From a virus (taxonomy: Duplodnaviria; Caudoviricetes): a DNA stretch of 53,037 nucleotides. Under the pieces are notes generated by a model, which saw only the letters and a program-made list of their open reading frames with translations, was not told where the DNA came from and ran no database searches. The position numbers were made by a program, and so were the translations under genes. Below, one piece after another: positions 7,986-18,955 of this stretch (its first letter is position 1; each line of letters opens with the position of its first letter). The stretch spans positions 1 through 53,037 of IMG/VR virus record IMGVR_UViG_3300011338_000290; one strand, given 5' to 3'.

Positions 7986-10900
7986 TTTGTACTGCGGAGA
8001 ACGAGTGCCTTCTACTAATGGGTAGACAAATGGAGCTTCTTTATCTGAGACAGATAACCCTTGATATGCTTTGCCACGACGCTCAGCACGAGACTGCAAC
8101 GACTTACTAACTGTTTCACCATTAATGGCTAGCATTGCATTCTTAGTATTAAATTTATCTATTTCTTCTAATATCTTGTCAATCTTGTCGTCATCATCCT
8201 GACGCACTGCAATATCTAAACGATTTAATATATTTTGTTTTTCTCTGTTTATCTCTGTCACTATCTGTTTAGCCATAAAGTTAGCCTTTTGTACTTGCGC
8301 CACTTCGGTGCTTCCAAAGCCTAAAGTTTGTGCAAGCAGTTTGCCTGTTGTGTAGAACTCTGGGTTCATCAACTCATCACCTTTAGTAGTAGTTGCGCCT
8401 TCGCTCTTTAGCCTCATTGAGGTTAAACCACCTCTAAGCCACGCTGGAGAAAGTTTTTCAAAAGCCCTACTAACCTGCCCATTATTCCAATCGTCGTAAG
8501 CACCTGCAAAATTTGCACCCACGCTACCAATTGGACCAGTCCAACTAAACGCAAAGTTTATAAATGCTTGACGAGAAGTTTCTGCAGGAGCATCACTTCT
8601 AAACCACAACCCATCTAAAGAAGTAGAAGTACCTACGTTTAAATCGGTATAAGCAGATATTGGACCCATTTCAACACCACGAGATAACGTAGCAGCTTGC
8701 TCTTCAGTTAAGTTAAAGAAGTTAGCTAGACTGCTATCGGGACCAAAGTAGCTAGGAATAAACGAATTTCTAAACCATAAGTCTAAGCTGCGTTTACCAA
8801 GGGGATTACCTTCGTCGTCTTCGTCGTAGTCTTCGTCTTCTTCATCTCGAAGTAGTTCACGCATACCTTCTGCCATACCCATAATAAAGCTATATAAAGG
8901 GAAACCTGTAACACCAGCAAATAGACCAGTCATACCCAGTGTGCCAAAGAACTTAATAGCCGCTTCTTTCTTTTCTTCTTTATTCAATAATGGCAGCATG
9001 CCGTAGAAGTTACGTACTAAATACGATGTCATCTGTAGCGGGTAGGTCAAGAACTGGAATGCTAAGCGTCCAGCAGCACTCTTCATTGGGGGCGGTTTGT
9101 TGTATTGAGTGTAGTTAAATAAAGCATCGTAGGTTAGCTTTAGGGCTCTTTTAGTAGCTGCATCAAACGCAGCCTTGTCGTCCATACCCTTTTGCTTTGC
9201 GTCTGCGTAAGCTAGTTCAAAACTGGACATGAACATAATTTCACGAGAAATACGCTCAGCGTGGTGGAATGCGCCACCCATTAAATTAAATGTAAACCTA
9301 GTCCCTCTTTCTACTAAACCTTGATAACGAGTACTGGGGGCTGCAGCCATTGCCGTCATATCCCCTGCATAGGTAGACATAAATATATCTTTGTCATTGG
9401 CAAAGTTCCAAGCGTCTTTTAGTACTTTTCTGTACGCTAAATTTTTGTGTTCGTTTACGTACTTAGAGTCATTAATAGATGGCTGACCCCACGAAGTTAC
9501 TACGTTTCCGTTCTCGTCTTTTTTAGTTGTGCCAAATTTATTCCATAAAGCACCATACCTAGCAGCAGTTGCAGTAGCTTTGCCAATACCAAACTCAGCC
9601 CCAAGGGTAGGTAAGCCAACAATCGGTAGCTGGGTCATCTGTACTAATGCAGATTTAGGAGAAGTCAGAAGCCAATAGAACACAAACTTATTACCAATGG
9701 AAGCAACTTGATCCCAATCAAGCCCTTCTTCAGGCACTGTGGGAGTAATTTCATTAATAGCTCGGTTACTAACTTCTCTAATAATAGTAGCTAGCTTTAG
9801 CTTATCCGGATTTTGCTGTATCTCTGCATATGCAGCAGCTATGCCATTGCGAATCTTATCTGAGTACTTTAGTCGAGCTAGCTGATTAGCAGCGGTATGC
9901 TGGCTAACAATAAAGTTGCGGATTGCATCGGCACTAAAACCAGTCTTGCCTTGGCGGTGTACAAACTTACGACGGATGTCCTTATCTGGTAGAGTCATCA
10001 AGTACATTTGATAGATATTGTCTTTAACAGCATCAATATCCGACATCTTGTTTTTATCTAACATTGCAAAGATTTCTTTAAGCATATCGCTAGATTCAAT
10101 ATGTTTTTCTCTTAGTTTGCGAATGTCATTTCCAATATCTATGTCGCCATCGGCAATCATCTGGTCTTTAGTACGCTTGTCCCCAGCTTTATTAAGTTCA
10201 GCAACACGGGCTTCAATGGCGTTGTTACGAGCAACTTCCCCTTCAAACATATAGAACTCGCCACTCTTGCCCTTGCCTACGCTAAACCAGAAGTTACCAT
10301 AACGCATTAATGGGAAATAAACCTCAAGTTGTTTAGCTTCTTGGAAAGTTTTAGTAATAGCCGCAATTAATTTGCCTTTTGGAGTAGACGCATCGTTAAT
10401 ATCTCCAGGTACGTTAGAAGCCGCAATCTTTTCTTTTAGCAATTGCTCATGCGTGTCAAAGGTTTTTTTGTAGCTATCTTTAGCCATCTTATATATGGCA
10501 TGCCCTTCGCCTTTTCCAAATTTACCTAACTGCTCCCAACCACCCATGGTGTATTTCTCACCAGTAACAGGGTTGTTATAAGCGCCGCCTTCATACACTA
10601 ATTTAATTGCTGCAGTGCGCTCAGTTCTTTGTTTTTTAAGGTTAGGTAAAGTTTTAGGGTCCGTAGACGGATTAAGAATGTCATTTTCAATGCGCTGTAA
10701 CTTAGGATCATTCTTTATAGCGGTTGCCGCATCGGGGTGTTTAGTAGGGTCTACCTCTAACAAAGTAGATGCGTTAATTAAATCCGCAAGTATATTGCCG
10801 CCTTCTTCGTATTTTTCATTAAAGTTAATCCAAGCAGGAGTTTTTTCAGCAAGCTCACGGATCATTTGCACCCGCATGCCAGCCATGTCGTCTACAGCGT

Positions 10901-13900
10901 TGTTAATGACTTTTAGGTTATTAATTTTGTCCCCAGCTATGCGGGTAATGTCTTCTGTTGTAAAAGCTTTTAACGCAAGCTTTAATTTGGTAACACTTAT
11001 AGCACCATAAATAGCCTTCATCAAACGAATAGCATCGCTGGCATTTCTAACCTGCATTATTAACTCGCCAATTGAACCGTTTAATGTGGAGTTTCTATTA
11101 GATAATCGAATCTTTCTAAGCAAAGTTTCTACAAGTTTTAATTGCTTAGGTGGTTTAGGTGCTTTTGGCGGTGCAGGTTGTTTTGCTTTGGCTGCTACTG
11201 GTTCCCCAGGAACCGTTACTTCTGGCATTGGTGCAGCTAGCAGCTTATTTGTAACAATAATCAAATCTTGGAGAGCAGAAGTATGCTTCTCGTCCATACT
11301 AAACAACTGACGTATGCTTTGTACAAATTTATTAAATAGCCTATCAACAAAATTAGGCGGAGCACCTGCAAGTACACCTGGAGAAAGAAGTAAAAATTCT
11401 TGCATAGCAGGCAAAGACATGCCGTAAGCCACAAACTCTTTAACGTCAGTAAAAGCGTCATTAGGTATTTCTAGCATTTCTGGGGTGAGTAAACCTAAAT
11501 TGCCAGTCTCCAAAGCTTGAGCAAAGAGAGCATCATAGTTATCTTTTGCCCGTATCATCAAAGCCATAAGCTCTGCCACTGGACGCAAAGAATTAGGAAT
11601 AGGTTTCTTTGCTTCTCTTAATTCTAGATAGGCATTAATACGGGCAACGGTTGCAGCGTGTAAAGCTTCGTGTAACACAACAGTATTGTTAATACCGCCG
11701 CTACGCATTACATAAATAGTATTTCTGTCAGGTACATATAAACCTGCTGCTCCCATCATTTTGTCTCGTAGGAATGCAGTAGGCATATCGTCTGCACTAT
11801 CTACTACAACAAACTTAACTCCGTTAAGGAAAGGGAGTAACCGTCTAGCTAGTATTTTTTCAAAGGGGTTGCCGTTATTAGCAATCCAACTTACTGCGCT
11901 TCGTGCGTTATTGTATTTTTCAAAGACAGTGTTATCCTGCCCATTAGTAGATTCTGACATTTGGGCACGGCTAGGTGCGCCTATTCTTTGCTTAGCCTCG
12001 TATCTTAGTTTACCTAACTCACGTTCTTGCGGGTCAGCTTTCTCTAATGCTGCAGTTGCTCTAGTACCTGCGGTTTTTTTCTTTTGGTTGGGGTCAACGG
12101 ATAAACCATATGCAACCGATAGAGCATCTATGCGTTCTTGCCTTAAACCATACAAAATATCCTGAGCTTCTTTCTCACTGGCAGAGCGTTCAAGAATAGC
12201 GGCTTCGTCAACTGTTTGAGCTAAAGTTTTTTCGGCTTTAGCAATTGCATTGATAGCATCCCGTCCAGAAGCTATTTGCTGTTTTTTAGTCGCAGCGGCA
12301 GCGGCTATTTGTTCTGGAGTTTTTGCAGCGGCTGGTCTGCCACGAGGTTTGCCTGTTTTGACTGGTGGTGTTGTTACATCCTCGGTAGCTTCTGTATCAA
12401 CAGGGAGTTTGTCATATATTGTCTTAAACTTTTCACCTGTTAATTCCTCAAAACGTTTAGCTCTTCTTGGCTCACTTTCTCTTAAAAAAGCATCTAACTC
12501 AGCTCTAATTTTATCTACCTTTAATTTTGTTGGGCGATTAGGATAAGTGTCTTGTGACTTTCTTTCTGCTCTCTCAGCATCAGCTAGTCTTCGTTTTATC
12601 TTGTTAAGTGTTTGTAAATCTTCTTCCGCAGTAGGCTCTACAGAAGTAGTGGTAGGTGCACCCATACCAGCCGCAACTTGTTTTTGCCGTAAGCTTTCTG
12701 TAGCGGCAGCGGTTGCTTGCTCGTCGGTTAAGTTGTATTTAACTTTTAAGTCTGCAGCTAGTGTATTGAGTTCAGTTCCTTCTCCGCCTCCAACAGCAGT
12801 AGTAGTTGTGCCAGCTGCTGCCAGGTCTCCTCCGGTAGTGTCAATAGCTCCCGTGTCGGTTTCGCTTGGTTTGCCAGGCACAGAAACGCCTGGTTGATCT
12901 GCTCCACCGATAGTTGATTCAGTTCCATCTAATAGCCCTCCTTGCAAAATAGCATCGCCTGCAACGGCGTAGGCTTCTTGTTCAGTATATGGTTGATTTG
13001 TATCTGGATTAACTGAAGCCTTTAGCTTCTCAACAGTCTCATTAAACTGCTGACCTAAATTGTCTAAAGCACCAGGGGCATTAAGCTTATCAAGGATTTT
13101 CTTTTGATCTTCAACGGCTTTAGCTTCTGCTTCTCTTTTAGCAATTGTAGATGGCAAGCGCTCATAAGCCTCACGTCCACCAAATGCTGCTGTCTCTAAT
13201 AAACTAGTTGGACCTTCACCAACGGCTTCCATAAGGACTTGCCCAGGCTTTTTAATCTCTCCTTCGGTAGCAAGTTGAGCAGCTGCTTCACCACCAGCTC
13301 CGCTAATTACTTGTGCGGCGGGTTGGGCTACACCGATATTGACCGCTTCTTTTGCTACTTGGTTCTTTATTACTGTCTTAGGCACAAGCAATTTACCAGC
13401 TAATCCAGCAGCAGCCGTATCTACAGCGCCAATAATAGAAGCCCTTGTCATTGCATGCTCGTAAGCTTTAGCAAATAAAGTTGGATCATTTAACGCTTTA
13501 TTAACAGCGGCAGGGTCTTTTACATTTACCCCTTGCTCTTGGAAGTATTCTGTAATACCCGAAGATAACTCACTAGCAAAGCTAGTACTACCCATAGCCA
13601 TTGCACCAACTCTAGGATTACGGGTTACTGCGCCTAATACAAGTGCAGGTACTAGTTGTGGGACGCTCTCTAAGGACACGCTAGCCATGACACCCAAAGG
13701 ATCAACTTGGAACGCATCAAATGCTTGCCGTGCCGTCTTTACATCAGACAAAGCTTCTATCGTAGGTCTTTTTCTATATTGAGCAGCTTCAGCCTGGGTC
13801 TCCATTAGCTTTTGTTGAGATTGAGCTTGAGCGCCCTGTAACTCTTTAAGTCTAGCTTCTGCCGCTTCTGGTGTTAGTGGTCTGCCAAGAGGGTCTGTAG

Positions 13901-14330
13901 CCTTACCTTCTCGGATTAAATTGATTTCGTTTTGAATGTTGGCAACTTGAACACCAGGCAATATTCCTTTTGCAGCTGCATAGCCAGACTTTAACGGGTC
14001 AGTTATACGTTGTAAGAACGGTACTTCTCTTTCGTACTTTGCAGTCTCTTCTGCTAATTGTTTCTTTTGTTGCTCAGTTAACCCTGTGCTTGGTTGTACT
14101 GTAGGTTCAGCTTGGGTTGTTACTTCTTCTGGGCTAAGTATGGGTGCAGTTACAGAAGCAGGGGCGGCTTTAGGTTTATCTTTAGAAAGAAGATGAGTCA
14201 ATATCTCAGTATCAGGAACGCCTGCTTCCCTAGCCCCAGCTAAGTTGTACTTGTATTTTGAGGCAAGATAATTGTTAATCTCAGCATCGCTAAGACCCGC
14301 CTTTCTTGCGCCCTCAACATCATATGCCAT
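7983..14330 (-). CDS. Giant internal virion/DNA-ejection protein (polyvalent type) with zincin-like HExxH domain
   Basis: 2115 aa; last late gene; VVLHEALHAAT motif with downstream EFVAY; duplicated N-terminal Y.(V/L).GAR.AG..D.EI motif. Confidence 0.7.
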   Translation of the reverse strand: MAYDVEGARKAGLSDAEINNYLASKYKYNLAGAREAGVPDTEILTHLLSKDKPKAAPASVTAPILSPEEVTTQAEPTVQPSTGLTEQQKKQLAEETAKYEREVPFLQRITDPLKSGYAAAKGILPGVQVANIQNEINLIREGKATDPLGRPLTPEAAEARLKELQGAQAQSQQKLMETQAEAAQYRKRPTIEALSDVKTARQAFDAFQVDPLGVMASVSLESVPQLVPALVLGAVTRNPRVGAMAMGSTSFASELSSGITEYFQEQGVNVKDPAAVNKALNDPTLFAKAYEHAMTRASIIGAVDTAAAGLAGKLLVPKTVIKNQVAKEAVNIGVAQPAAQVISGAGGEAAAQLATEGEIKKPGQVLMEAVGEGPTSLLETAAFGGREAYERLPSTIAKREAEAKAVEDQKKILDKLNAPGALDNLGQQFNETVEKLKASVNPDTNQPYTEQEAYAVAGDAILQGGLLDGTESTIGGADQPGVSVPGKPSETDTGAIDTTGGDLAAAGTTTTAVGGGEGTELNTLAADLKVKYNLTDEQATAAATESLRQKQVAAGMGAPTTTSVEPTAEEDLQTLNKIKRRLADAERAERKSQDTYPNRPTKLKVDKIRAELDAFLRESEPRRAKRFEELTGEKFKTIYDKLPVDTEATEDVTTPPVKTGKPRGRPAAAKTPEQIAAAAATKKQQIASGRDAINAIAKAEKTLAQTVDEAAILERSASEKEAQDILYGLRQERIDALSVAYGLSVDPNQKKKTAGTRATAALEKADPQERELGKLRYEAKQRIGAPSRAQMSESTNGQDNTVFEKYNNARSAVSWIANNGNPFEKILARRLLPFLNGVKFVVVDSADDMPTAFLRDKMMGAAGLYVPDRNTIYVMRSGGINNTVVLHEALHAATVARINAYLELREAKKPIPNSLRPVAELMALMIRAKDNYDALFAQALETGNLGLLTPEMLEIPNDAFTDVKEFVAYGMSLPAMQEFLLLSPGVLAGAPPNFVDRLFNKFVQSIRQLFSMDEKHTSALQDLIIVTNKLLAAPMPEVTVPGEPVAAKAKQPAPPKAPKPPKQLKLVETLLRKIRLSNRNSTLNGSIGELIMQVRNASDAIRLMKAIYGAISVTKLKLALKAFTTEDITRIAGDKINNLKVINNAVDDMAGMRVQMIRELAEKTPAWINFNEKYEEGGNILADLINASTLLEVDPTKHPDAATAIKNDPKLQRIENDILNPSTDPKTLPNLKKQRTERTAAIKLVYEGGAYNNPVTGEKYTMGGWEQLGKFGKGEGHAIYKMAKDSYKKTFDTHEQLLKEKIAASNVPGDINDASTPKGKLIAAITKTFQEAKQLEVYFPLMRYGNFWFSVGKGKSGEFYMFEGEVARNNAIEARVAELNKAGDKRTKDQMIADGDIDIGNDIRKLREKHIESSDMLKEIFAMLDKNKMSDIDAVKDNIYQMYLMTLPDKDIRRKFVHRQGKTGFSADAIRNFIVSQHTAANQLARLKYSDKIRNGIAAAYAEIQQNPDKLKLATIIREVSNRAINEITPTVPEEGLDWDQVASIGNKFVFYWLLTSPKSALVQMTQLPIVGLPTLGAEFGIGKATATAARYGALWNKFGTTKKDENGNVVTSWGQPSINDSKYVNEHKNLAYRKVLKDAWNFANDKDIFMSTYAGDMTAMAAAPSTRYQGLVERGTRFTFNLMGGAFHHAERISREIMFMSSFELAYADAKQKGMDDKAAFDAATKRALKLTYDALFNYTQYNKPPPMKSAAGRLAFQFLTYPLQMTSYLVRNFYGMLPLLNKEEKKEAAIKFFGTLGMTGLFAGVTGFPLYSFIMGMAEGMRELLRDEEDEDYDEDDEGNPLGKRSLDLWFRNSFIPSYFGPDSSLANFFNLTEEQAATLSRGVEMGPISAYTDLNVGTSTSLDGLWFRSDAPAETSRQAFINFAFSWTGPIGSVGANFAGAYDDWNNGQVSRAFEKLSPAWLRGGLTSMRLKSEGATTTKGDELMNPEFYTTGKLLAQTLGFGSTEVAQVQKANFMAKQIVTEINREKQNILNRLDIAVRQDDDDKIDKILEEIDKFNTKNAMLAINGETVSKSLQSRAERRGKAYQGLSVSDKEAPFVYPLVEGTRSPQYK

Positions 14331-14332
14331 GA

Positions 14333-16681
14333 TTAACTTTTATCAAAGTCTGCTGCGCTTTTCTTAGTACCGCCTCCACTAGGTGCAGAAGCTGCTGGTG
14401 CTTGTTGCCCACCTTTCATTCGTTGCTCCTCTTTACGATACAACTCTTGTAAATAAGTATTTGCAGTATTAGTTTTATTCTTTTTATCTTCTTTTTGCAA
14501 TCTACGAAGTTCTTTATTCTCAGGCGAATTAAAGTTTTTAGACAAAGAGTTATCTACGTTATCACGAGCTTTGTCGTACAAATTAGTTCCTGCAACTTCA
14601 GCTTGTGTAGCAGCACGTTGAGCAGCGGCACCACGACTGCCTACAAGCCTATCCATTCCTTCATTTAATATAATGGCATCAGGTCTTTGATCTCCTGCAG
14701 CTCTTCTTGATGCTAAATAATTATTTGCATAAGCTATCAGTTCGCCAGGAGACTTCATACCAGCAACTTTTTCTCTGCTAAGGCGCTCTTCTGCCTTCTC
14801 AAACATTGCGTTACCACCAGTAATATCACCTATCTTCATTAGGCGCTCACCTTCAGCAACTTCAGCAAGACCCTTAGCAATATCACCACGACGACCTCTA
14901 AGTCCTTCTTGACGAGCTATCATTCCTGGCAATGTTCTTCTCCCTGCTCTAGCAGCCGCACTTCCTACTGGACCTGCTTCACCAGCTAACTCAAGACCAA
15001 ACTGTAGCAAATCATATCCTCTAGCCTGCTTCTCAGCATCTCCTAGGGCGGCTTGTTCTTTTGTATAGAACTCTCCTAATGCAGCTTTGGGTGCACCTAC
15101 ACCAGCGGCTTCACGTTGTTGCTTATAAAACTCAGCGTACTTTTTACGAGCATCAAGATCTTTTTGTAAACGGTTTGCCTCAGCTTCATCTAAGTCTACT
15201 TGGCTACCATCAGGGCCAGCAAAAGCCACGATACCGCCACTAGCGGCACTTAATGTATCCATTGCTCCAGCAGGGGCGGCGGGTAAACCAACTCGCTCCG
15301 TAACAGGGGTAGGTAGACCACGTTGATCTTGAGCTATGGACTGTTGGGCTTGTGCTTCAGCCTGCTCTCTAATCTTTTGCTCTTGTAGTATCTGTAGCGC
15401 CATGGCACGAATTTCTTCGCTAGGGCTAGTTTGCGCAACACGGCTTAACTCCTCAGCATCCATCATCATTAGTTTTTGACGGATACCACGTACTACTCCG
15501 CTATCTGGATTAGCCTGAACCATCCCTTTATTAGCGTAGCCTGCAACACCGCCAGAAGCTAAGCCTTTGATAGTTCCTCCCTCTGCAAACAAACCAGCTT
15601 GTCTTGCACCAGCTGCACCAGCTAAAAGACCAAGACCTTGATTAAGTCCAGAAGGTTGAGCTTGATATGTTTGCGTAGTAGTTGCTTGCATTGGTAAGCC
15701 ACGCAACATATTTGACATAAAGCCAAGCTGCATGAGTGGGTACTGCTGTTGTGTAGCGTAGTCTTGGATAGCTTGATTAATCTTGGCTTGCTCAAGGGCT
15801 TGTTGCTCTTTACCCATCTGGGACTGCATACCAATAATATCTCTTTGTGCACCCAACCGAGCACCGCCTAATTGTCCTAGCTGACTAGCCATTTGACCAA
15901 ACTGACCTAAGCCTTGAAGTCCAGCCTGTTGACCCTGTAAACCTAATTGAGCGCCAAACTGTTGTTGGCGTTGTGCATCTTCAAATGCTTTTTGTGACCC
16001 AGTAGCAGCAATACCTTGCAGTTGGCTACCTAGTGAACGTTCTGCCTCAGCTTCCATAATAGCTTGGCGACTACCACCAAACGCACCAGCACCAATAGCT
16101 TGTCTAGCCCGCATCGGGGCAGCCATTTGATAATCCCGTAACGCCTGTGACTTTTGATAGTCCACCACGTTTTGCATGTAAGGTGACATGTAACCTTGCA
16201 TAGCCCTTGGATCTTGAGCTTGTTGTGCAAATTGTTGCCCAGCACCAGCCATTTGTCCTGATAAACCTAAAGCCCCAAGACCTGCTAAGCCAGTCATTTG
16301 AGTAGCTTGACCGTATTCACCAGGAACTTGCAACTGCCCAGTAGCTTGTTGCGCTTGCTGTTGCATCGGGCTAAAGCCCGCAAAATAATTGTTTACGTCA
16401 GTGCTATATGGTTTGTACGGCCTAAAGCCAGTAATGTCATAACCACCCTCTGCAGTAGGAGTGCCTTCAAATAACTGTTTCTGGGTAGCCCCCAGCATTG
16501 TGGTTACATATGGCTTTGCGTACTCAGGGATATTAGTATTGTAAGTAGTTGATTGAGTTGGTTGGCTACCACCCCCACCGCCACCTCCGCCATAAATGCG
16601 TCCACCGCCAACTTTATTAACGGTAACGGAATCTCCTAGGGGCTCCCCTAGGGCATATAACTGACGGCGTGAATAATTCAT
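14333..16681 (-). CDS. Internal virion/DNA-ejection (pilot-like) protein
   Basis: Gln/Gly/Ala-rich, helical; poly-Gly after a ~30-aa leader; YMSPYMQNVV and AFGGSRQA blocks. Confidence 0.7.
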   Translation of the reverse strand: MNYSRRQLYALGEPLGDSVTVNKVGGGRIYGGGGGGGGSQPTQSTTYNTNIPEYAKPYVTTMLGATQKQLFEGTPTAEGGYDITGFRPYKPYSTDVNNYFAGFSPMQQQAQQATGQLQVPGEYGQATQMTGLAGLGALGLSGQMAGAGQQFAQQAQDPRAMQGYMSPYMQNVVDYQKSQALRDYQMAAPMRARQAIGAGAFGGSRQAIMEAEAERSLGSQLQGIAATGSQKAFEDAQRQQQFGAQLGLQGQQAGLQGLGQFGQMASQLGQLGGARLGAQRDIIGMQSQMGKEQQALEQAKINQAIQDYATQQQYPLMQLGFMSNMLRGLPMQATTTQTYQAQPSGLNQGLGLLAGAAGARQAGLFAEGGTIKGLASGGVAGYANKGMVQANPDSGVVRGIRQKLMMMDAEELSRVAQTSPSEEIRAMALQILQEQKIREQAEAQAQQSIAQDQRGLPTPVTERVGLPAAPAGAMDTLSAASGGIVAFAGPDGSQVDLDEAEANRLQKDLDARKKYAEFYKQQREAAGVGAPKAALGEFYTKEQAALGDAEKQARGYDLLQFGLELAGEAGPVGSAAARAGRRTLPGMIARQEGLRGRRGDIAKGLAEVAEGERLMKIGDITGGNAMFEKAEERLSREKVAGMKSPGELIAYANNYLASRRAAGDQRPDAIILNEGMDRLVGSRGAAAQRAATQAEVAGTNLYDKARDNVDNSLSKNFNSPENKELRRLQKEDKKNKTNTANTYLQELYRKEEQRMKGGQQAPAASAPSGGGTKKSAADFDKS

Positions 16682-16690
16682 AATTTTCCC

Positions 16691-17143
16691 TTACAACATC
16701 TTAGTAAATATTTTATCTGTATGTTTGTATCCTAAATACTCAAACAACTTAGAATTGTCTAAATGTACTTTAGTGTGCATTACAACCCTATTTACTCCAC
16801 GTTCTTTTAAAACTTGTTCAGCGTACTGAAACAACCTAATTCCTACTCGACCTTTTCTGTATTCTTTTTTAACAAAATACAAATCTTCAAAAGCCGTCAA
16901 ACAATCTTTGTAGTGCAAATGAGGCTGGATGTAAAAAATAATATATCCAATTAACTCACCATCTGCCCTACAAGTAATAGTCCTTAATAAACCTGCTTCA
17001 CCCATCTGCCTATAAGCATCATAGTTTGGATTGGCAGGGTAATCTTTTGTTACACATAACTCATCATAATGCTCAGGAAACAACTTTTCAAACTCTGGTA
17101 TAAAGTCAAGCCCGTTGACGTCTTCATATACAAGTGTTGTCAT
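16691..17143 (-). CDS. GNAT-family acetyltransferase
   Basis: FVKKEYRKGRVGIRL acetyl-CoA-binding motif A; LFEYLGY motif B. Confidence 0.85.
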   Translation of the reverse strand: MTTLVYEDVNGLDFIPEFEKLFPEHYDELCVTKDYPANPNYDAYRQMGEAGLLRTITCRADGELIGYIIFYIQPHLHYKDCLTAFEDLYFVKKEYRKGRVGIRLFQYAEQVLKERGVNRVVMHTKVHLDNSKLFEYLGYKHTDKIFTKML

Positions 17144-18906
17144 GCGGGCATATATCTAGCAGTTTTAACTGCAGGGGCTTGTTTCTTTTTACCAGTACGA
17201 GCTTTGCGAATCCTATCCATCATGCCGTATAACTTTTTAGCACCAGCATCCGTAGAGCCATTGCCTAAATGCGATACAACATCAGCCGGGACAACAAACT
17301 CTCCATCAGCCAACCGTGCTGGCTGTTTTCCAGCAATAGAAGCAGGGATAGAATCAGACATACCATCCCCAGGTCCTTTAAGCATTCTTCCACCATCGGA
17401 ATAACCTCCTAGGTTGTAACGCATAGTGCCACCAGCAGCAGCTTCGGTAGTATCTTGAGTAGCACCGCTTATATCTCCTAAACCCTTAATAGCAGTCTTA
17501 GGGAGGGCTATAGGCTTAATACCAGCACTTTTACCAGCTTTGCCTAAACGAATCATAGCGGCTTCTAAAGCCGATTTTCTGGCTGTGTCTACGTCAGTAT
17601 CTCTAAAAATACCTGTGCGTGGGATCCCAACGCTTTCTGGTAAATGCTCTATTCGTTCTTGCCCTTGTCTGTCTATATAGTCTTGTAACACATTAACTTG
17701 ACCTTTACTTCTATACCGGGCAATACCACCTTCAGCCATCAACATAGGGCTAGACCGCTCATAGGCTGGAACTTCGGATACCATCTCAGCACTTACTGGA
17801 CGCTGGGTTGGGGTAGCGTATTGGGTCTTATCAATCATGCCTTGGGGGTACAAACCACCTTGTGGGTTCATAGCCGTATTCATCATAGACATACGCTCTA
17901 CGGGGCCGCCACCACCTTGTAACTGCATAATACCGCCTTGGGCTGCATATTTAGCTTGATAATACGGATTAGGTCTTGGAGCCTCGTAGGCTTGGTAGTT
18001 AGGGCTCATACGGAAGCCTTTTAGATACCTATCGTATTCATCCTCAGTATAACCAGCAGGTGGTTTTTGATCTTCAATCATTGAAGGTAAGAATGCACTT
18101 CCTAATGTAAGAGCGTTGTCTTTAACAAACGAACCAGCAGCGCTTGGACTACTAAATACTTCTTTTATACCTCTGCTTACATTACCTGTTGTAGTAGCCC
18201 CCATAGCACCTTGAGCTCTACCAGCGGCACTAACGACATCTTGAGGGTTAACCCCAGGAGCATTTAAAGCACTTTGATATTGTTGTATAGCGCTTTCAGG
18301 TAAATTTTTAAGATTACCTAAAACATCCCTAGCTGACTGCATAGCAATAGATTGACTACTTGGTAGCCCACCTGCTGGCATATTAAAACCTGCGGTACCC
18401 ATTTCCCTAGCAAATTCGCTTGCGGGTATATTAGGATTAAGAGCTTGTAAATTAGCCGTTGCGCCTTCACCTAATCCTGATGTAATTGCTTGTTGTTGCA
18501 TTTCTTTAAACGCATTTAAAGAGGCGTCGCCCGCTTGAGTTGCTAAAGCTTCTCCACCTAAAGTTCCTAAACTACTAGTTAAACCAGCACCACCAAAAGC
18601 ACCTAAACCTGCCATGAGACCCTTGGTAATACTACCCGTAGCCAAACCATAGCCACCACCAACCAATAAAGCCGCCATAGGTGCACCTACGCCAGTAGCC
18701 GCAAGGGCTGCACCTGCTAATGTAGGAAGAAGCCTCTTTAAAAAACCTGCTTCTGCTAAACCTGTATTAGGGTTAATTGTTAGGGAACCACCGTGCGCCA
18801 AAGCTAAAGCCTGAAGACCTTTTATCTCACCCTTAGTCATATGGACTAATTCGGTGTCACCCCCACGACCATAGGAGGCTAAATGTTGGGCTGCTGCATG
18901 GCTCAT
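17140..18906 (-). CDS. Internal virion/ejection protein with hydrophobic Gly/Ala segment
   Basis: Start moved to MSHAAAQ (GAGG RBS); N-terminal GRGGDTELVH...TINPNTGL and C-terminal GPGDGMSDSIPA...DGEFVV blocks. Confidence 0.7.
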   Translation of the reverse strand: MSHAAAQHLASYGRGGDTELVHMTKGEIKGLQALALAHGGSLTINPNTGLAEAGFLKRLLPTLAGAALAATGVGAPMAALLVGGGYGLATGSITKGLMAGLGAFGGAGLTSSLGTLGGEALATQAGDASLNAFKEMQQQAITSGLGEGATANLQALNPNIPASEFAREMGTAGFNMPAGGLPSSQSIAMQSARDVLGNLKNLPESAIQQYQSALNAPGVNPQDVVSAAGRAQGAMGATTTGNVSRGIKEVFSSPSAAGSFVKDNALTLGSAFLPSMIEDQKPPAGYTEDEYDRYLKGFRMSPNYQAYEAPRPNPYYQAKYAAQGGIMQLQGGGGPVERMSMMNTAMNPQGGLYPQGMIDKTQYATPTQRPVSAEMVSEVPAYERSSPMLMAEGGIARYRSKGQVNVLQDYIDRQGQERIEHLPESVGIPRTGIFRDTDVDTARKSALEAAMIRLGKAGKSAGIKPIALPKTAIKGLGDISGATQDTTEAAAGGTMRYNLGGYSDGGRMLKGPGDGMSDSIPASIAGKQPARLADGEFVVPADVVSHLGNGSTDAGAKKLYGMMDRIRKARTGKKKQAPAVKTARYMPA

Positions 18907-18955
18907 ATGGGCCTCACGGGGTTGAATTGATTGAAGTTTATCATTGTTATGCTCT

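Noticed and set aside
10018-12897. Series of + strand ORFs inside the giant gene, and similar shadow ORFs throughout
   Set aside because: Antisense shadows of codon-biased real genes; no RBS or recognisable motifs
7983-14330. N4-like virion RNA polymerase
   Set aside because: No recognisable polymerase motifs; early promoters are host sigma70 type
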